The notes under the pieces were generated by a model, which saw only the letters and a list, made by a program, of their open reading frames with translations, was not told the origin of the DNA and ran no database searches. 64,000 bases of DNA from Rhodothermales bacterium (GTDB taxonomy: Bacteria > Bacteroidota > Rhodothermia > Rhodothermales > Bin80), in NCBI GenBank assembly GCA_965203305.1, contig OZ241874.1, positions 2,865,687 to 2,929,686 of the forward strand, given 5' to 3'. Shown here in pieces: positions 17,883 through 30,100 of the stretch; the first letter of the stretch is position 1, and the number at the start of each line of letters is the position of its first letter. The position numbers and the translations under genes are program-made.

Positions 17883-20800
17883 ATGCACCTGAGCAGGCAC
17901 CAATTTTCTGTCATACGCCAATTCGCAGTATACTCCGCAGGGGCCCTGCTGGTTTGCATTCTTCTGGCGCATGCCGCGGCACTGGGAGACCATCCGAGGC
18001 AGGGATGGCAGAGCATTGCGCCAGCAGACACGGACAGTGTCACACTGCATCAGGTGGATTCGCTCCGTGCACTGCTTGCCCGCCTGGGTCGCGATTCGGT
18101 TCGCAGCATGGTTCTGAATTTGGGACTGGACAGTCTTCTTCTAGCACAAATTGATTCGCTTTCCCCGCCGGATACGAACGAACGTGCCAAACGATATTTT
18201 TCGATCCTGACGCGCCCGCGGCGCGTTTCCAGTATATTTCCACAAGAACGACGATCACTGGGAGCGAATCCTCCGGGAGGCTGGGACCACCAGATTGAGC
18301 TGGACAGTACGGGGACATTCTACAGAGTCAGGGAACAGGTCGCTGGAAAAGATGTCCGACATGCGACTCGGGTAACACGCGAACAGTATCAGGCCGAGCG
18401 ACTCTCGCGAAGCCTGGATCGCAACTGGAAGCAACTCCTTGAAAGGCAAAGGAGCCTGGAGCAGCGCAGGCGACGGGGGCTAGGACTGTCCATTTCGGTT
18501 CCCGGAGGAAGGGAAAGCGGATTCTCTACTATTTTCGGCAAGAATGAGGTGGATCTGCGCGTGAATGGCAGTGCCGATATCCGCCCCGCATTCATCTATG
18601 AAAAGACGGCGCAGCGAGCACTCCTCGGACAAGGCTCCCAGTTAACTCCAGAATTTCGAATGGACTTGCGTCTGGGAGTAACTGGAACGATTGGGGACAA
18701 AATGAAGGTCAATGTTGACTGGGATACCAACCGTGACTTTGATTTTCAGAACCAGCTCGAGCTGGTGTACACAGGATATGAGGACGAGATTATCCAGAGC
18801 ATTGAAGCAGGGAATGTCTTTCTGCAGACCCCTTCTACACTGATCCGGGGCGGACAGAGCCTGTTCGGAATCAAATCTGAACTGCAAGTGGGAGATTTGC
18901 ATCTCACTACTGTTGTCAGCCAACAAGAAGGACAGTCCAACAGCCTCTCCCTTGATGGCGGTGCCGAAACCTCTTCCTTCAGCCGGCGGCCAACCGACTA
19001 CAGCCAGCGAAAATTCTACTTCCTCAGCTATTACTTCCGCAACCGATGGAACGAGGCACTGAGTGATCCGCCCAATATTATCCTGGATGCGGTCTTTTCA
19101 CATATCACGGATATTGAGGTATGGAAACTTACTCCTGTCGCCCCCGAAGAGCAGAATGTCCGGCAGGTGGTCGCGGTTGTGGACCTTGGCGAACCCGCAG
19201 AGATCATTCAAAGCGCGGACCGCTATACCCGGGAGCGTCACCCCAATAGCAATCTGGACCAGTATGACAGAGCAGAGTTGCAAAACGAATTGCGCACAGG
19301 CGCAGCCGTGCCGCAGGATTACCTAGAGAGCAGTGCCATGGAACAGCCTCTGACAACCGTGGATTATCAGGTCGGACAGTTCAAGAAACTTGAGCTCGGA
19401 CGCGATTATGACCTAGATGAAACGCTGGGATACATCACGCTGCGGCAAACCATCCAGGAAAGCGAAGCACTTGCTGTGTCCTTCCGTTATCTGGCAGGGG
19501 GAACAGAGGTGCAGGTGGGAGACTTCTCCAGCCAGACCGGCGGCGGGGACAATAGTCAAACTGGAGATCGCCTCGTTCTGAAACTGCTCAAGCCGGTCAA
19601 CCTCCAGCAGCCGGCAAATCTGGGAGAGGCAAACCAGCTTAACCCGGCCGCCTGGTACCTGGAAATGCGCAATATCTATGAACTCAACCGCGGGCTGCTC
19701 CCTACGGACTTTGTTCTGGATATCAGCTTTGAACCGCCTGGACGTGCTTCCACCGAAACGATTCCCGGAATCACCGGACAGCAGACGCTGATTCAGGTGC
19801 TCGGACTGGACCGGCTCAATGAGGACGGTGCACAAACCCCGGACAACCTGTTTGACTTTCTGCCGAACTATTCCATCGTGCCCGGAGATGGACTGCTCAT
19901 CTTCCCCTACCTGGAACCATTCGGGGACCGTATGGAAGCTCTGATTGATGCCAGCGGACTCAATGACGCAGAGAAGGCCGAGGCAAAGGGACTGTATGTA
20001 TTCAAGGAGCTGTATACCCAGAAGCGTCTGAATGCAACCCGAAATACGGCAAAGAATGTATACCTGATTGAAGGATCCCACAAGGGAGGAATCCCCTCCT
20101 TTTATGACCTCAAAGCCTATTCCGGACTGATTGAGGGATCGGTACGGGTCACCTCGGGAGGCAATACACTCATTGAAGGAAGTGACTATATTGTAGACTA
20201 TCTGGGAGGAACCGTGACCATCATCAATGACTCCTACATCATTGCTGGGCGTGATATTGAGATTGACTACGAAGAAAATGCATTTATCAATCTTCAGCAA
20301 AAAACACTGCTTGGTGCCCGGCTGGAATATCTTCCAAGAGATGAGTTTTCGGCAGGCGGAACCATCATGCGGCTCAGTCAAAAATCCATTACCGACAAAT
20401 TTCGCGTCGGCGACGAGCCCATCTCTAATCTGATCTGGGGAGTTGATTCACGACTGGAACTCGAGCCTGAGTGGCTCACGCGCGCCATTGACTGGCTTCC
20501 GCTGATTCAAACGAAGGAACCCAGCTCCCTCACCATAGCCGGAGAGTTTGCGCAGCTTCGTCCAAGTCATGTACTCACGAATGCATTTAAGGACCAGCGT
20601 CGCGAACTCCGAAAAGACGGACGAGACTTCTATCCCGATGAGACGCAGGGAATTTCGTATGTAGATGACTTTGAAGGATTCGAGAATTTGATTTCTCTGA
20701 CACGTCAGGGAGCCTGGATTCTGAGCAGTGCGCCCGTACTTGGGGTTCACCACGAACTCGGAGGGGCCGAAAAAGACTTGAGCAATGACGGGCGCGGCGT

Positions 20801-23800
20801 GATGGGCTGGTATACGCTCAATGCCTCCTCCCTGAAACAATTCCCGGGAAACCTTCCTCCGGCCGTGCAGCTCGTCACTCCGCAACAGGTGTTCCCCAAT
20901 CGGGAAACCCTTCAGAGTGAACGGGTTCTGACGACACTTGACCTGTACTTCTCTCCACATGGACGGGGCCCCTATAACTACAACCGTGATCTTGGCCGTT
21001 TCCTGGACAATCCGCGTGAGGCCTGGGGAGGAATGACCCAGCGTCTGACCGAAGGCAATACCGACTTCACATCCAAAAACATTGAGTTTGTCGAGTTTGT
21101 CATGCAACCGTTTCCCGGAGGAGGAGAGACGGACCGGGAGGCAAAATTGATCATTGACATCGGACGAATCAGCGAGGATATTATCCCGGACAACAAACTG
21201 AATACAGAGGATGGACTGTCCCTCTCGGAAGTCGGAAGCGTTGGAGCACTGGCGCGACTGTCCACCGGACAGCAAAATCAAAAGATCAATCCTGTTGGCG
21301 ACAACGAGCGGATCACAGAAGACCTCGGGCTGGATGGGCTGCCTTCCTTCCCCAACAACAAGTTTGAGATAGAGGGAGGGGCGGGGACCGAGCGGGTGGT
21401 ATTTGCCGATTTTCTTGCGTCCCTGGACAATACCGTCAGCGTCCGCTACCCCGAACTGCTCGCCCGGGAAAAGGCAAAGGCACTTCTGGACCCCTCTGCG
21501 GATGACTATTATTACTTCCTGAACGAAAGTTTTTTTGGCAACAGCCAGTTCTTTCCGGGAGGCGCATCAGTTCAGGAGAGATTCACCCGATTCTTCCCGG
21601 GACATGAGTTAAACACCTTTGATGCACACAAGAAACTGGGGCCTGCCGGGGACAATACCGGAAATTCACGCTTGCCAGATACCGAAGATATTAACCTGAA
21701 CTCTGCATCCGATACAGAGAATAGTTACTTTCAATATGAAGTCCCGCTTAATCTTGGCATTCTTGATGATCTTGCCCGACCCGAGAATACCAATGATTAC
21801 ATCATCAACGAGATTGAGTCCCCGAATAGCGGAGGAACCGGATGGTATCTGGTTCGGATCCCTGTCCGAAACTTTACGCGTCGAGTCGGAGAAATTCAGG
21901 ATTTCACGCTCATGGAATCTATTCGCATCTGGACGACCGGACACACTTCTCCCATTACTGTGCGGTTTGCAACACTTGAACTTGTCGGCAGTCAGTGGAG
22001 AGCCAGTGAAGCAGTGAATGCAACGGATTCGAACGGAGACATGATTCCTCCCGAAGACCCGATCACAGGAGCACGGATCACGATTGAAAGCGTGAACAAC
22101 GAGGAGAACCCCAGCTACGAAATCCCCAAAGGAGCCGTCCGCAATCGGGTCCGAGAGCCGCAGTCCGGCTCTATCCGGGATGCCCGGGAACAGTCCATGG
22201 TCATCCGTGCCAGCAAGCTCCGTCCCAACCGGCATCTGGCAGTATATCGTACCTATACCTCTTCGCAGAATCTTCTGCAGTACAAAAATATGCGGATGTT
22301 TGTCCATCTGAACGGACAGATGAACAATCGGCCGCTCCGGGCTGAGGACCGGGGTGCGGTAAAATTCTTTATCCGGCTTGGAGCAAACGAAGATTCTGAT
22401 TATTACGAATATGAGCAGTCCCTGACTCCCAGTCCCTTAAGCGAGATGCCCGCAGAGTCCAGCCTGAAAGCAGATTACCTGTGGCGTACAAACCAGCCCA
22501 ACCCTGATTCCGACGGGGAGGCTTTTGTGGATATCAACTCTGTAAATATTCTTCTGAGCTCCCTGAACCAGATGAAATTCCTGCGTGACTCCTATGAGGA
22601 TGAGTCCGGTTCCACATTTGACCCCAACGAAGTGTTCTGGAGTGATGTGCATGGAAATTTTCAGTCTACTATTGCTGAATTTGCGCCTCCTGGTACACGG
22701 ATTGGCGTTCGGGGGACTCCAAGCCTCAGCCGTATTACAACGATTGTTATCGGGGTTCGCAATGCATCTGGAGAAGAAAGTGTACTGGATGAGGTCAACA
22801 TCTGGGTCAATGAACTTCGCATGTCTGGCTATGATCAAGAGGTTGGATATGCAGCCTATGGGACAGCAGATGTCAAACTGGCAGACCTGGCGCGAGTGAA
22901 ACTGTCCATGCGTACCCAGTCAGACGGATTCGGATCTCTTTCCAGTACACTGTCCGACCGTCAGCAGCTGAACATCCTGAACTGGACTGTCAACTCCCAG
23001 CTCAGTGTTGACAAGTTCATTCCAGAACGATACGGATGGAGATTGCCTGTAAGTCTGGAGGTCAAGGAAAGCTCAAGCATTCCCCGGTTTGATCCGAACC
23101 GGGGAGACATACGCGTAACCAGTCTCCAGGGTGCGATTGAAGCGGACTCAACCCTGACTGCAGAAGCAATTGCCGACAGGAAACAGAAGATCCGTGAAGA
23201 GGCACAGACATTTTCCACGACTTCCTCCTACTCCGCACGGGTCAGCAAAGGAAAGTCACGCTCTCGCCTGTTACGCAACACGGTGGATGGGCTGGGCTTC
23301 ACCTACTCCTACTCTACTACAGAGGGGCGTACACCTACCCAGCTGTTTCGATCTTCCTGGCGATGGAACACATCCGTAAGCTACCGCCTTCAGGTGAGAA
23401 ATCCCAGGGTCCTGCGATTGTTCAGTTGGCTGGAGGGGGTTCCTGTTTTACGAATTCTGAGCAATCTCGGGCTGAATTACCTTCCCTCTTCACTGGATTA
23501 CAGCCTGGGGGCAAACCGGACATTCTCCTCCTCCAAGCAGCGAGAAGACCCTGTCCGTCAGCGCAGCTCTGAGTTGCCTGCAGATGTACAGTTCCCTGTT
23601 CGCGAACAGCACAGCTTTGCACATAACCGGCGGTTCAGCTTCCAGTACAGCCCGTTCAGCTTCCTTGATCTGGGGATGGAATCCAATACGAATCAAAGTT
23701 TGAATGCTCTCGGAGTGGACACACTGTATTCCGTGATTCTGGTTGATTCAACTGGAGAAGAATCACGCCTGGAAAATACGAATCTGGCCTCGCTGATCCG

Positions 23801-25814
23801 AGAAGGATCCATAGACAGTACCCAGATCGGGGTCAGTGCATTTGAACTGACGGATCTTGAGCATCGAAAATTTGGACGGGTATTCCGGCAGGCACTTGGC
23901 GGAAGTGTGCCCGGGGCACCCAGGATTCGCACAGAATCCTATACCTCCAGATTCAGCGTTACCTTCCGGCCGAACCTGCGAAATTATCAGTCCCTTGCAT
24001 GGATTCAGCTTCAGGATATAGGGTATACGGCAAATTTTGACTGGTCCAATGGATCTGTCGGCAACAATACTGGCGCACAAACGCGTGTGAGCACCTCTTT
24101 CCGTGCAGGGCTGACCCTGACCCCCCGTGATCTGTTACAGAAATTCGGGTTCTATCAGCGACTGCAGGACTCCCAGCGTGCAGCGGAGTCTGCCGCACAG
24201 GCCCGCCGCGCCCAAAGAAAGCAGGAACGAGAGCGCAGACGTGAAGAGAGACGAAAAGAGCGAGAACGCCAAAAACAGGCAGAGGCAGACACCACAGCAA
24301 ATGATGGCGTACAGATGGATCTGCCAAGCGAAGAAGAAGATATAGATCCGGGGGAAGCTGATCCGATGAATCAACCTGCAATACCACAGGTACAGGAAGA
24401 AGATACAACCCGGACACCCAGAATAACATGGCCCCAGAGCCTGACCCCCAAAGCACTGACACGCCGGCTGCTTCTTGCGGTCACAGGACTCAATGACATA
24501 TCCATCACATACAATGGTACCCGTCAAGGCTCGGCAAACAATATTGGGGTGCTGGACGAATCTGGAAATGTCCGGGTGTATTATAGCCTGTATGATGCCC
24601 TGTTTAACGGCCAGGGACCATCTTTCAGATACCGGCTGGGACTGGACCGCACGATTCTGCCGGAAGACGGGCGAATCATTAATGAACGGATCCAGGTAAC
24701 GGATGCTCTCAGTGATGCAGACCGATGGTCCGGCAGAGTGTCCCTGAACCTGTCCAAACAATTGCGAATTTCCCTGAACTGGCGAATGGAAGAGGGGGCT
24801 CGTGAGAATCTGACCTATCGCATTCTGGATGACGGCAAACCCGCCGCAGACACGACCCGGGCCAGTGACATCTCTGTCTCTGCCTGGTCTTTTTCTGCCT
24901 CCTATGCAGACCTGTTTCAATCGCAACTGAATCAGTACCGATCAGATTGCGGAGAGTCCTGCTCATCTGGAGGTATCCTGCCGGATACACTGCAATCAAC
25001 GGTTCTGACCAATCGCCAAATCTATTCCAGCTTTCAGTCAAGTTACCTTGCGTTTGGAAGCCGGGGGCGCATGCCTGTCCCCCTTCCCAGCTGGAATCTG
25101 AGCTATTCTGGAATTTCCAGTTGGCCACTGATTCGGAGCATCTTCCAGAGTGCTACCTTGCGGCATGGCTACTCCAGCACCTTTTCAGCTGATTTTCGGT
25201 CAAATCTTCGCGGGGGGGAGAGGAGTGATTTTGCTCTGGGAGCAGGTCCCGTGATTTCCTTTGAGGTACCTGGAGAAGAAGTGGATGCTGTACGAATCAA
25301 CGAACGTTTTCAGCCACTCATTGCCGTAGACCTTACGATCAAGGGGAATATCCAGACCAGCATCGCTTGGAACAAGACAAATTCCTATTCGCTAAGTACG
25401 ACAAACAATGTCGTCAACGAAAACCGCAGCAATGAGATTTCCGTAACAGCGTCTTGGGCCAAGTCTGGATTACGGCTTCCATTCTTCGGTCGCAAACTCA
25501 ATAACCGCATCAATTTCTCGCTTACGCTGTCCCGGACTGCCAATGATGACCGCAGTTTTTATATTCGGCGGGCAATGGAAGTGGCCGCTCTGGACCCGGA
25601 GTTTGATGCAGCACTGGTTCTTGAGGAGCCCTATGTAGATGTCCTGACCAGTACGGCAAGAATCCAGGCACAACCCAAGATCGCCTATCAGTTCAGCAAT
25701 GTTGTTTCGGCAGACATGTTTGTTCAGTACGAGGACTTCATTGGTGACAGCCGCCGCCTCCCCTATACAACCATTAACGGGGGATTCAACTTACGCGTAA
25801 ACTTTTCTCATTGA
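17883..25814 (+). CDS. sprA: T9SS translocon protein SprA
   Basis: ~2640 aa, with a signal-like N-terminus and beta-rich outer-membrane composition ending ..GGFNLRVNFSH. The size and overall pattern fit SprA of gliding Bacteroidota. Start placed at MHLSRHQF and uncertain. Confidence 0.8.
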   Translation: MHLSRHQFSVIRQFAVYSAGALLVCILLAHAAALGDHPRQGWQSIAPADTDSVTLHQVDSLRALLARLGRDSVRSMVLNLGLDSLLLAQIDSLSPPDTNERAKRYFSILTRPRRVSSIFPQERRSLGANPPGGWDHQIELDSTGTFYRVREQVAGKDVRHATRVTREQYQAERLSRSLDRNWKQLLERQRSLEQRRRRGLGLSISVPGGRESGFSTIFGKNEVDLRVNGSADIRPAFIYEKTAQRALLGQGSQLTPEFRMDLRLGVTGTIGDKMKVNVDWDTNRDFDFQNQLELVYTGYEDEIIQSIEAGNVFLQTPSTLIRGGQSLFGIKSELQVGDLHLTTVVSQQEGQSNSLSLDGGAETSSFSRRPTDYSQRKFYFLSYYFRNRWNEALSDPPNIILDAVFSHITDIEVWKLTPVAPEEQNVRQVVAVVDLGEPAEIIQSADRYTRERHPNSNLDQYDRAELQNELRTGAAVPQDYLESSAMEQPLTTVDYQVGQFKKLELGRDYDLDETLGYITLRQTIQESEALAVSFRYLAGGTEVQVGDFSSQTGGGDNSQTGDRLVLKLLKPVNLQQPANLGEANQLNPAAWYLEMRNIYELNRGLLPTDFVLDISFEPPGRASTETIPGITGQQTLIQVLGLDRLNEDGAQTPDNLFDFLPNYSIVPGDGLLIFPYLEPFGDRMEALIDASGLNDAEKAEAKGLYVFKELYTQKRLNATRNTAKNVYLIEGSHKGGIPSFYDLKAYSGLIEGSVRVTSGGNTLIEGSDYIVDYLGGTVTIINDSYIIAGRDIEIDYEENAFINLQQKTLLGARLEYLPRDEFSAGGTIMRLSQKSITDKFRVGDEPISNLIWGVDSRLELEPEWLTRAIDWLPLIQTKEPSSLTIAGEFAQLRPSHVLTNAFKDQRRELRKDGRDFYPDETQGISYVDDFEGFENLISLTRQGAWILSSAPVLGVHHELGGAEKDLSNDGRGVMGWYTLNASSLKQFPGNLPPAVQLVTPQQVFPNRETLQSERVLTTLDLYFSPHGRGPYNYNRDLGRFLDNPREAWGGMTQRLTEGNTDFTSKNIEFVEFVMQPFPGGGETDREAKLIIDIGRISEDIIPDNKLNTEDGLSLSEVGSVGALARLSTGQQNQKINPVGDNERITEDLGLDGLPSFPNNKFEIEGGAGTERVVFADFLASLDNTVSVRYPELLAREKAKALLDPSADDYYYFLNESFFGNSQFFPGGASVQERFTRFFPGHELNTFDAHKKLGPAGDNTGNSRLPDTEDINLNSASDTENSYFQYEVPLNLGILDDLARPENTNDYIINEIESPNSGGTGWYLVRIPVRNFTRRVGEIQDFTLMESIRIWTTGHTSPITVRFATLELVGSQWRASEAVNATDSNGDMIPPEDPITGARITIESVNNEENPSYEIPKGAVRNRVREPQSGSIRDAREQSMVIRASKLRPNRHLAVYRTYTSSQNLLQYKNMRMFVHLNGQMNNRPLRAEDRGAVKFFIRLGANEDSDYYEYEQSLTPSPLSEMPAESSLKADYLWRTNQPNPDSDGEAFVDINSVNILLSSLNQMKFLRDSYEDESGSTFDPNEVFWSDVHGNFQSTIAEFAPPGTRIGVRGTPSLSRITTIVIGVRNASGEESVLDEVNIWVNELRMSGYDQEVGYAAYGTADVKLADLARVKLSMRTQSDGFGSLSSTLSDRQQLNILNWTVNSQLSVDKFIPERYGWRLPVSLEVKESSSIPRFDPNRGDIRVTSLQGAIEADSTLTAEAIADRKQKIREEAQTFSTTSSYSARVSKGKSRSRLLRNTVDGLGFTYSYSTTEGRTPTQLFRSSWRWNTSVSYRLQVRNPRVLRLFSWLEGVPVLRILSNLGLNYLPSSLDYSLGANRTFSSSKQREDPVRQRSSELPADVQFPVREQHSFAHNRRFSFQYSPFSFLDLGMESNTNQSLNALGVDTLYSVILVDSTGEESRLENTNLASLIREGSIDSTQIGVSAFELTDLEHRKFGRVFRQALGGSVPGAPRIRTESYTSRFSVTFRPNLRNYQSLAWIQLQDIGYTANFDWSNGSVGNNTGAQTRVSTSFRAGLTLTPRDLLQKFGFYQRLQDSQRAAESAAQARRAQRKQERERRREERRKERERQKQAEADTTANDGVQMDLPSEEEDIDPGEADPMNQPAIPQVQEEDTTRTPRITWPQSLTPKALTRRLLLAVTGLNDISITYNGTRQGSANNIGVLDESGNVRVYYSLYDALFNGQGPSFRYRLGLDRTILPEDGRIINERIQVTDALSDADRWSGRVSLNLSKQLRISLNWRMEEGARENLTYRILDDGKPAADTTRASDISVSAWSFSASYADLFQSQLNQYRSDCGESCSSGGILPDTLQSTVLTNRQIYSSFQSSYLAFGSRGRMPVPLPSWNLSYSGISSWPLIRSIFQSATLRHGYSSTFSADFRSNLRGGERSDFALGAGPVISFEVPGEEVDAVRINERFQPLIAVDLTIKGNIQTSIAWNKTNSYSLSTTNNVVNENRSNEISVTASWAKSGLRLPFFGRKLNNRINFSLTLSRTANDDRSFYIRRAMEVAALDPEFDAALVLEEPYVDVLTSTARIQAQPKIAYQFSNVVSADMFVQYEDFIGDSRRLPYTTINGGFNLRVNFSH

Positions 25815-25815
25815 A

Positions 25816-26571
25816 GTGGTGCACTTGCAACCCGCTGTAGCCTGCTGTCTGGGGCATGTGGCCTATCAGCCGACCTGGAAACTCCAGGAGGCAATCAGGG
25901 ATCGCCTTATCCAGGCAAAAAAGGATGACCCGCAGCTGCCCCATGTACTTCTTCTCCTGGAGCATCCCCCCGTATTCACCATGGGAAAAAGCGGGAATGA
26001 CCTGCATCTGCTTGCACCGGGCGATGCCGAGGTAGTGCATATTAACCGTGGCGGGGATGTCACCTACCATGGTCCCGGGCAACTTGTCGTGTATTTTCTG
26101 CTGGATCTCAACAGGTTCTATCGGGATCTGCATCGTTTCATGCGTGACCTTGAAGAGATTGCTCTGCGCACACTTGATGAATATAATCTGGCGGGGTTTC
26201 GTGTACCGGGACGAACAGGGGTATGGGTGGGGGAAGAAGGAGCGGAAAGAAAAATCTGTGCATTTGGCATTCATACCAGCCGATGGGTAACCATGCACGG
26301 ACTGGCTCTGAACGTGAATCCAGATTTGGACTATTTCCGCAGGATCACCCCCTGCGGAATTACAGACCGGGGAGTTACCTCTCTTGTTCAGGAACTGGAA
26401 CACTCCTGCGACACGGAGGAGGCAGCCAGTTTTATTGTGCGTCATTTTGATGAGGTGTTCGGTGCTGCCTCCCAGACACTTTGCGGCAGCGAGGCATACG
26501 AGTATCTGGAAGGCCTAACCAGGCAGCAGCATCTCCAGGAGAATTTAGCCGCACAGGAGAACCGGGAATAA
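25816..26571 (+). CDS. lipB: Lipoyl(octanoyl) transferase
   Basis: LLLEHPPVFTMGKSG, NRGGDVTYHGPGQLVVY, and RKICAFGI (catalytic Lys region). Confidence 0.9.
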   Translation: MVHLQPAVACCLGHVAYQPTWKLQEAIRDRLIQAKKDDPQLPHVLLLLEHPPVFTMGKSGNDLHLLAPGDAEVVHINRGGDVTYHGPGQLVVYFLLDLNRFYRDLHRFMRDLEEIALRTLDEYNLAGFRVPGRTGVWVGEEGAERKICAFGIHTSRWVTMHGLALNVNPDLDYFRRITPCGITDRGVTSLVQELEHSCDTEEAASFIVRHFDEVFGAASQTLCGSEAYEYLEGLTRQQHLQENLAAQENRE

Positions 26572-26592
26572 TCTGCCACCGTCCCTGACAGC

Positions 26593-26937
26593 ATGGGTAT
26601 TCCGTTTTCTGATTCCTTCATCCTTGAAATGCTCCAGGAATGGTTCTTGAATGCTCCCTCCAGGGATTTTGAGCATGCCGAGGTGATTCTGTACGACCCT
26701 GAGTCCCGAACAACCATCTATCAGGCCTGCTACTCTGAGGAGGAGGAAACCTTCGTGCTCTACAAAGTGGCGCAATGGGACGAGGATTCCGAAGGCACAA
26801 TCATACCTCTTGTTGTTGATGAAGTGGAAACCTTCTCCATACTCGCTGACCTGTGTCGTGCGGTCATTCGCACAGCCCGGGAGGAACAACTGTTTCCTCA
26901 ACTTGGGGTATTTCAGACGGATACAGACGAGAGTTGA
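26593..26937 (+). CDS. Hypothetical acidic protein
   Basis: 114-aa ORF with protein-like composition and no recognisable motif. Confidence 0.4.
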   Translation: MGIPFSDSFILEMLQEWFLNAPSRDFEHAEVILYDPESRTTIYQACYSEEEETFVLYKVAQWDEDSEGTIIPLVVDEVETFSILADLCRAVIRTAREEQLFPQLGVFQTDTDES

Positions 26938-27192
26938 ATTTCCGGCCTGGGAGAAGGAGCCTGCAGAAGTGCCCAAGGGGTTCACATCAACTCCCTAAAA
27001 CCGTAGAGATACAGGAGAATCCGATGATCTGGTAACACTCTCCTCCCTGATACTGCCTTACCCGCCTCTGAAAGATTCCTGATGGATGGTCGCAGATTCT
27101 GTTCCCCACACACCTCGGTTCTACGGCAGGGATCCCCCGTGAGCTACATCTGGACTTCTCTGCCCAGACATAGCCCACAGGGGTTCAATCCT

Positions 27193-30100
27193 TTACTTGA
27201 CCAGAATCATGGATTTGGCACCAATCACCTTTCCGTTGGCCTCCATCCGGTAGATGTACTGTCCACTGCTTGCTGACGAGGCATTCCACTGTACCTGATG
27301 GGTTCCTCTTGTGTATTGCTGATCCGCAAGCGTCGCTACTTTACGCCCCAGCACATCAAAGACCGTGACCCGAACATGGCTATTCTCTGCCACCCTGAAG
27401 GAAATATTTGTGGTCGGATTGAACGGATTGGGATAGTTCTCACGGAGTTCAAAGGAGTTCGGCAATTCAGATGCCTCCTCTTCGGAAGCAGTCTGTACTT
27501 CCGCAATATTCAGGGTCCAGACTCCCCGTCCATGTGTGGCCAGTATGATTTCGTCATCAATTATACGAAGCCGCCAGATGCTCACAGCCGGCAACCCATT
27601 GTCCGCATAGGCCCAGGTTTCCCCGTGATCACGGGATTCAAAGAGACCCAAGTCAGTACCAGCCCAGATGATTTTCGGCTTGTCCGGGAAGACTTCCAGA
27701 TCCCATACCTTGGCATTGGGAAATCCATTGCTGCTTTCGCAATTATCCTGATCGTCATCAAATCCCGAGAGGTTCTCCCAGGTCCTTCCCATATCTTCGG
27801 TCCTTGCCAGTTTGGGCAGACACGAAGCAGAAAACATCACATAGGCGGTGGCACGAGCATACGGATGGGTTGCCAGGCCGGTAATGGTGGAGGTGGGGGC
27901 CCAACCCGGGACATTCACTCGGCGCATGCGTACCGCGTCAGATACTCCCTCGCCTGGGGTCGGATTCAGGGCATTTTCGGATACATAGAGAGTTCGCATG
28001 GTATAGCCTGCCCAGAGAACCTCGGGGGTTGCCAGAGAGAGTCTCACTTTACCATTTCTCACTCCCCCGGAAAAAGCCTGCCGGCTTTGATGAATTCTAT
28101 GCCATGAAGCCCCGAAATCAGTAGAGCGAAGTGCTCCCGCTGCCGGAGAAATGGAAAAGACAACTTTGCCCGACTTTGGTGTCCATGCAAGCGAGGTCAG
28201 GAACTGTCCAGACCAGTCGCCAATATTTCCGGCTACACTCCAGCTGGTTCCCCCGTTAAGTGACCTTCGAATATTATTCCCCTGAATGGAACCCATAAGC
28301 GAGTCCGCACTGTTCCATATGACATCAAACCCGTCCCCTCCCAGCATATCCCGCCAGCCCCGCCTGTTGTTTGCCTTATTGTACGAGGCCCAGGTTCCAT
28401 TGTCCTGCATACCACCGAGATACATCTCAAAGCCAGGCCGCTTGGTAGCATCATAAAACTGGGATGTGTTATAGCCCGCAGATGCATCTCCCTCCCGCCA
28501 GGTTTCCCCACCGTTACGCGAATAGGCAAAGCCGCCATCGTTTCCATTCAGGATATGAAATTCGTTATTGCCAGCAGGGACAGCGACAAGAGCATGATGA
28601 TCAACATGCACATTGCCATTTTCCCAAGTTTCCATATCGTACTGCTCTTTCAAAATTTCCACACTGGTAAAATCAATGTCTACGACTCCGGGAGAGGGAG
28701 CATTGGGATTCCACTCGGTAGCTTCGTCATCCTCGTTCAGGATCGGCCAGAAAAAATACATCAGACCTTTTCGGAGTCCCCCATTTGCAGCCAGATCAGG
28801 ATGTGGAGCGGAATCCTTGTACACATATTTGGAAATAAGCACATACTCCCGACTGTGTGTCACGCCGGGACCAGCTGTGTTTCTGGCAATCAGGCTCCAC
28901 CCCCCATCACGCGCCTGATCCCGGAAGGAGACCATCAACTGGCGATTGGCATCCGTATCCCAGACCTGAAAGGGGACCTCTACGTAATCCGCGTATACAT
29001 ACTCGGGAAGATTGATCCCCGCGCCTCCATCGCTTGCTGTTCCCCCATTCGGAGGCACTGTAAACCGGTGCGCTTTTTGCGTGAGCCCTGGACCAAACCG
29101 GATTTCCACAGACCTCATATCCGCAATCTCTATCTCCTGCACATCATCTGCTGCATCTGAGTTCAGGAATCCCAAGGAAAGCCGTCTCCCTGCCGCATTG
29201 CCCCCAGTAAACACAACAAAGTCCATAAAATCTGCAGTGTTATTAAAGCGGTTCACTGTACCAACAGACAGGGGGGTTGCTTCGCTATCTCCGTCCACCC
29301 ACGCTTTGTAGCGTATGATACCGCCAAGGTATACAGTATCCGGGGAAAATGGATGGACCAGAATGGAATTGTCATACCATCCTTGGCTCCCCAGGAAAGC
29401 GGAAAGGCCCACATCCGTATCCTCCGAGCGATCAATGAATCGCCAGGAATTCCCGCCATCTATGGAACGATAGAGATCTGCTATGGGCTGTGCATTAAAA
29501 ATGCCAACAACCCTGCCTCCCCCTGAACCCTCAACCGATGCCCAGATTACATTCGGATTGGACTGCGAAATTGCGATTTCGATACGCTGTGGAGGGTACG
29601 GAAATGCAGCCAGCGACTCTTTCCAGGTCTTCCCTCCATCCGTTGAGCGCAGAATTGCAGTACTATTTACCGTAGCGAACAGAATATTGAAATTATTCGG
29701 GTTTGCTCGCAAATCCTGCACCGGATTCGTTGCGTCATATACTTTTGAGAATGTTTGCCCTCCATCTTCGGTGCGAAAAATGGCCTCATTCGTAGCAACC
29801 ACTACAATATCCGGGTTATCCGGGTGCACAGCCAACCGGTTAATGTACCGCCAGTCCGCATTGCCGGCAACGGATGTCCTGGGCAAATGTGTCCAGGTCT
29901 GTCCTCTGTCGGTTGTCTTGAACATTCCCTGCCCCCCGGAGGCATCAATATTCCCGAACCCCTCCCCGGTTCCGAGATACATGACATCCGGGTTATTGCG
30001 GGACATGTCCAGTGCCGTTGCAGCGAGACTGGGCAGATGGTCAGTGAGCGGAGTCCATTCAATCTTCTCCTGGTCAAACTCGTCAATGAAACGACGAGCT

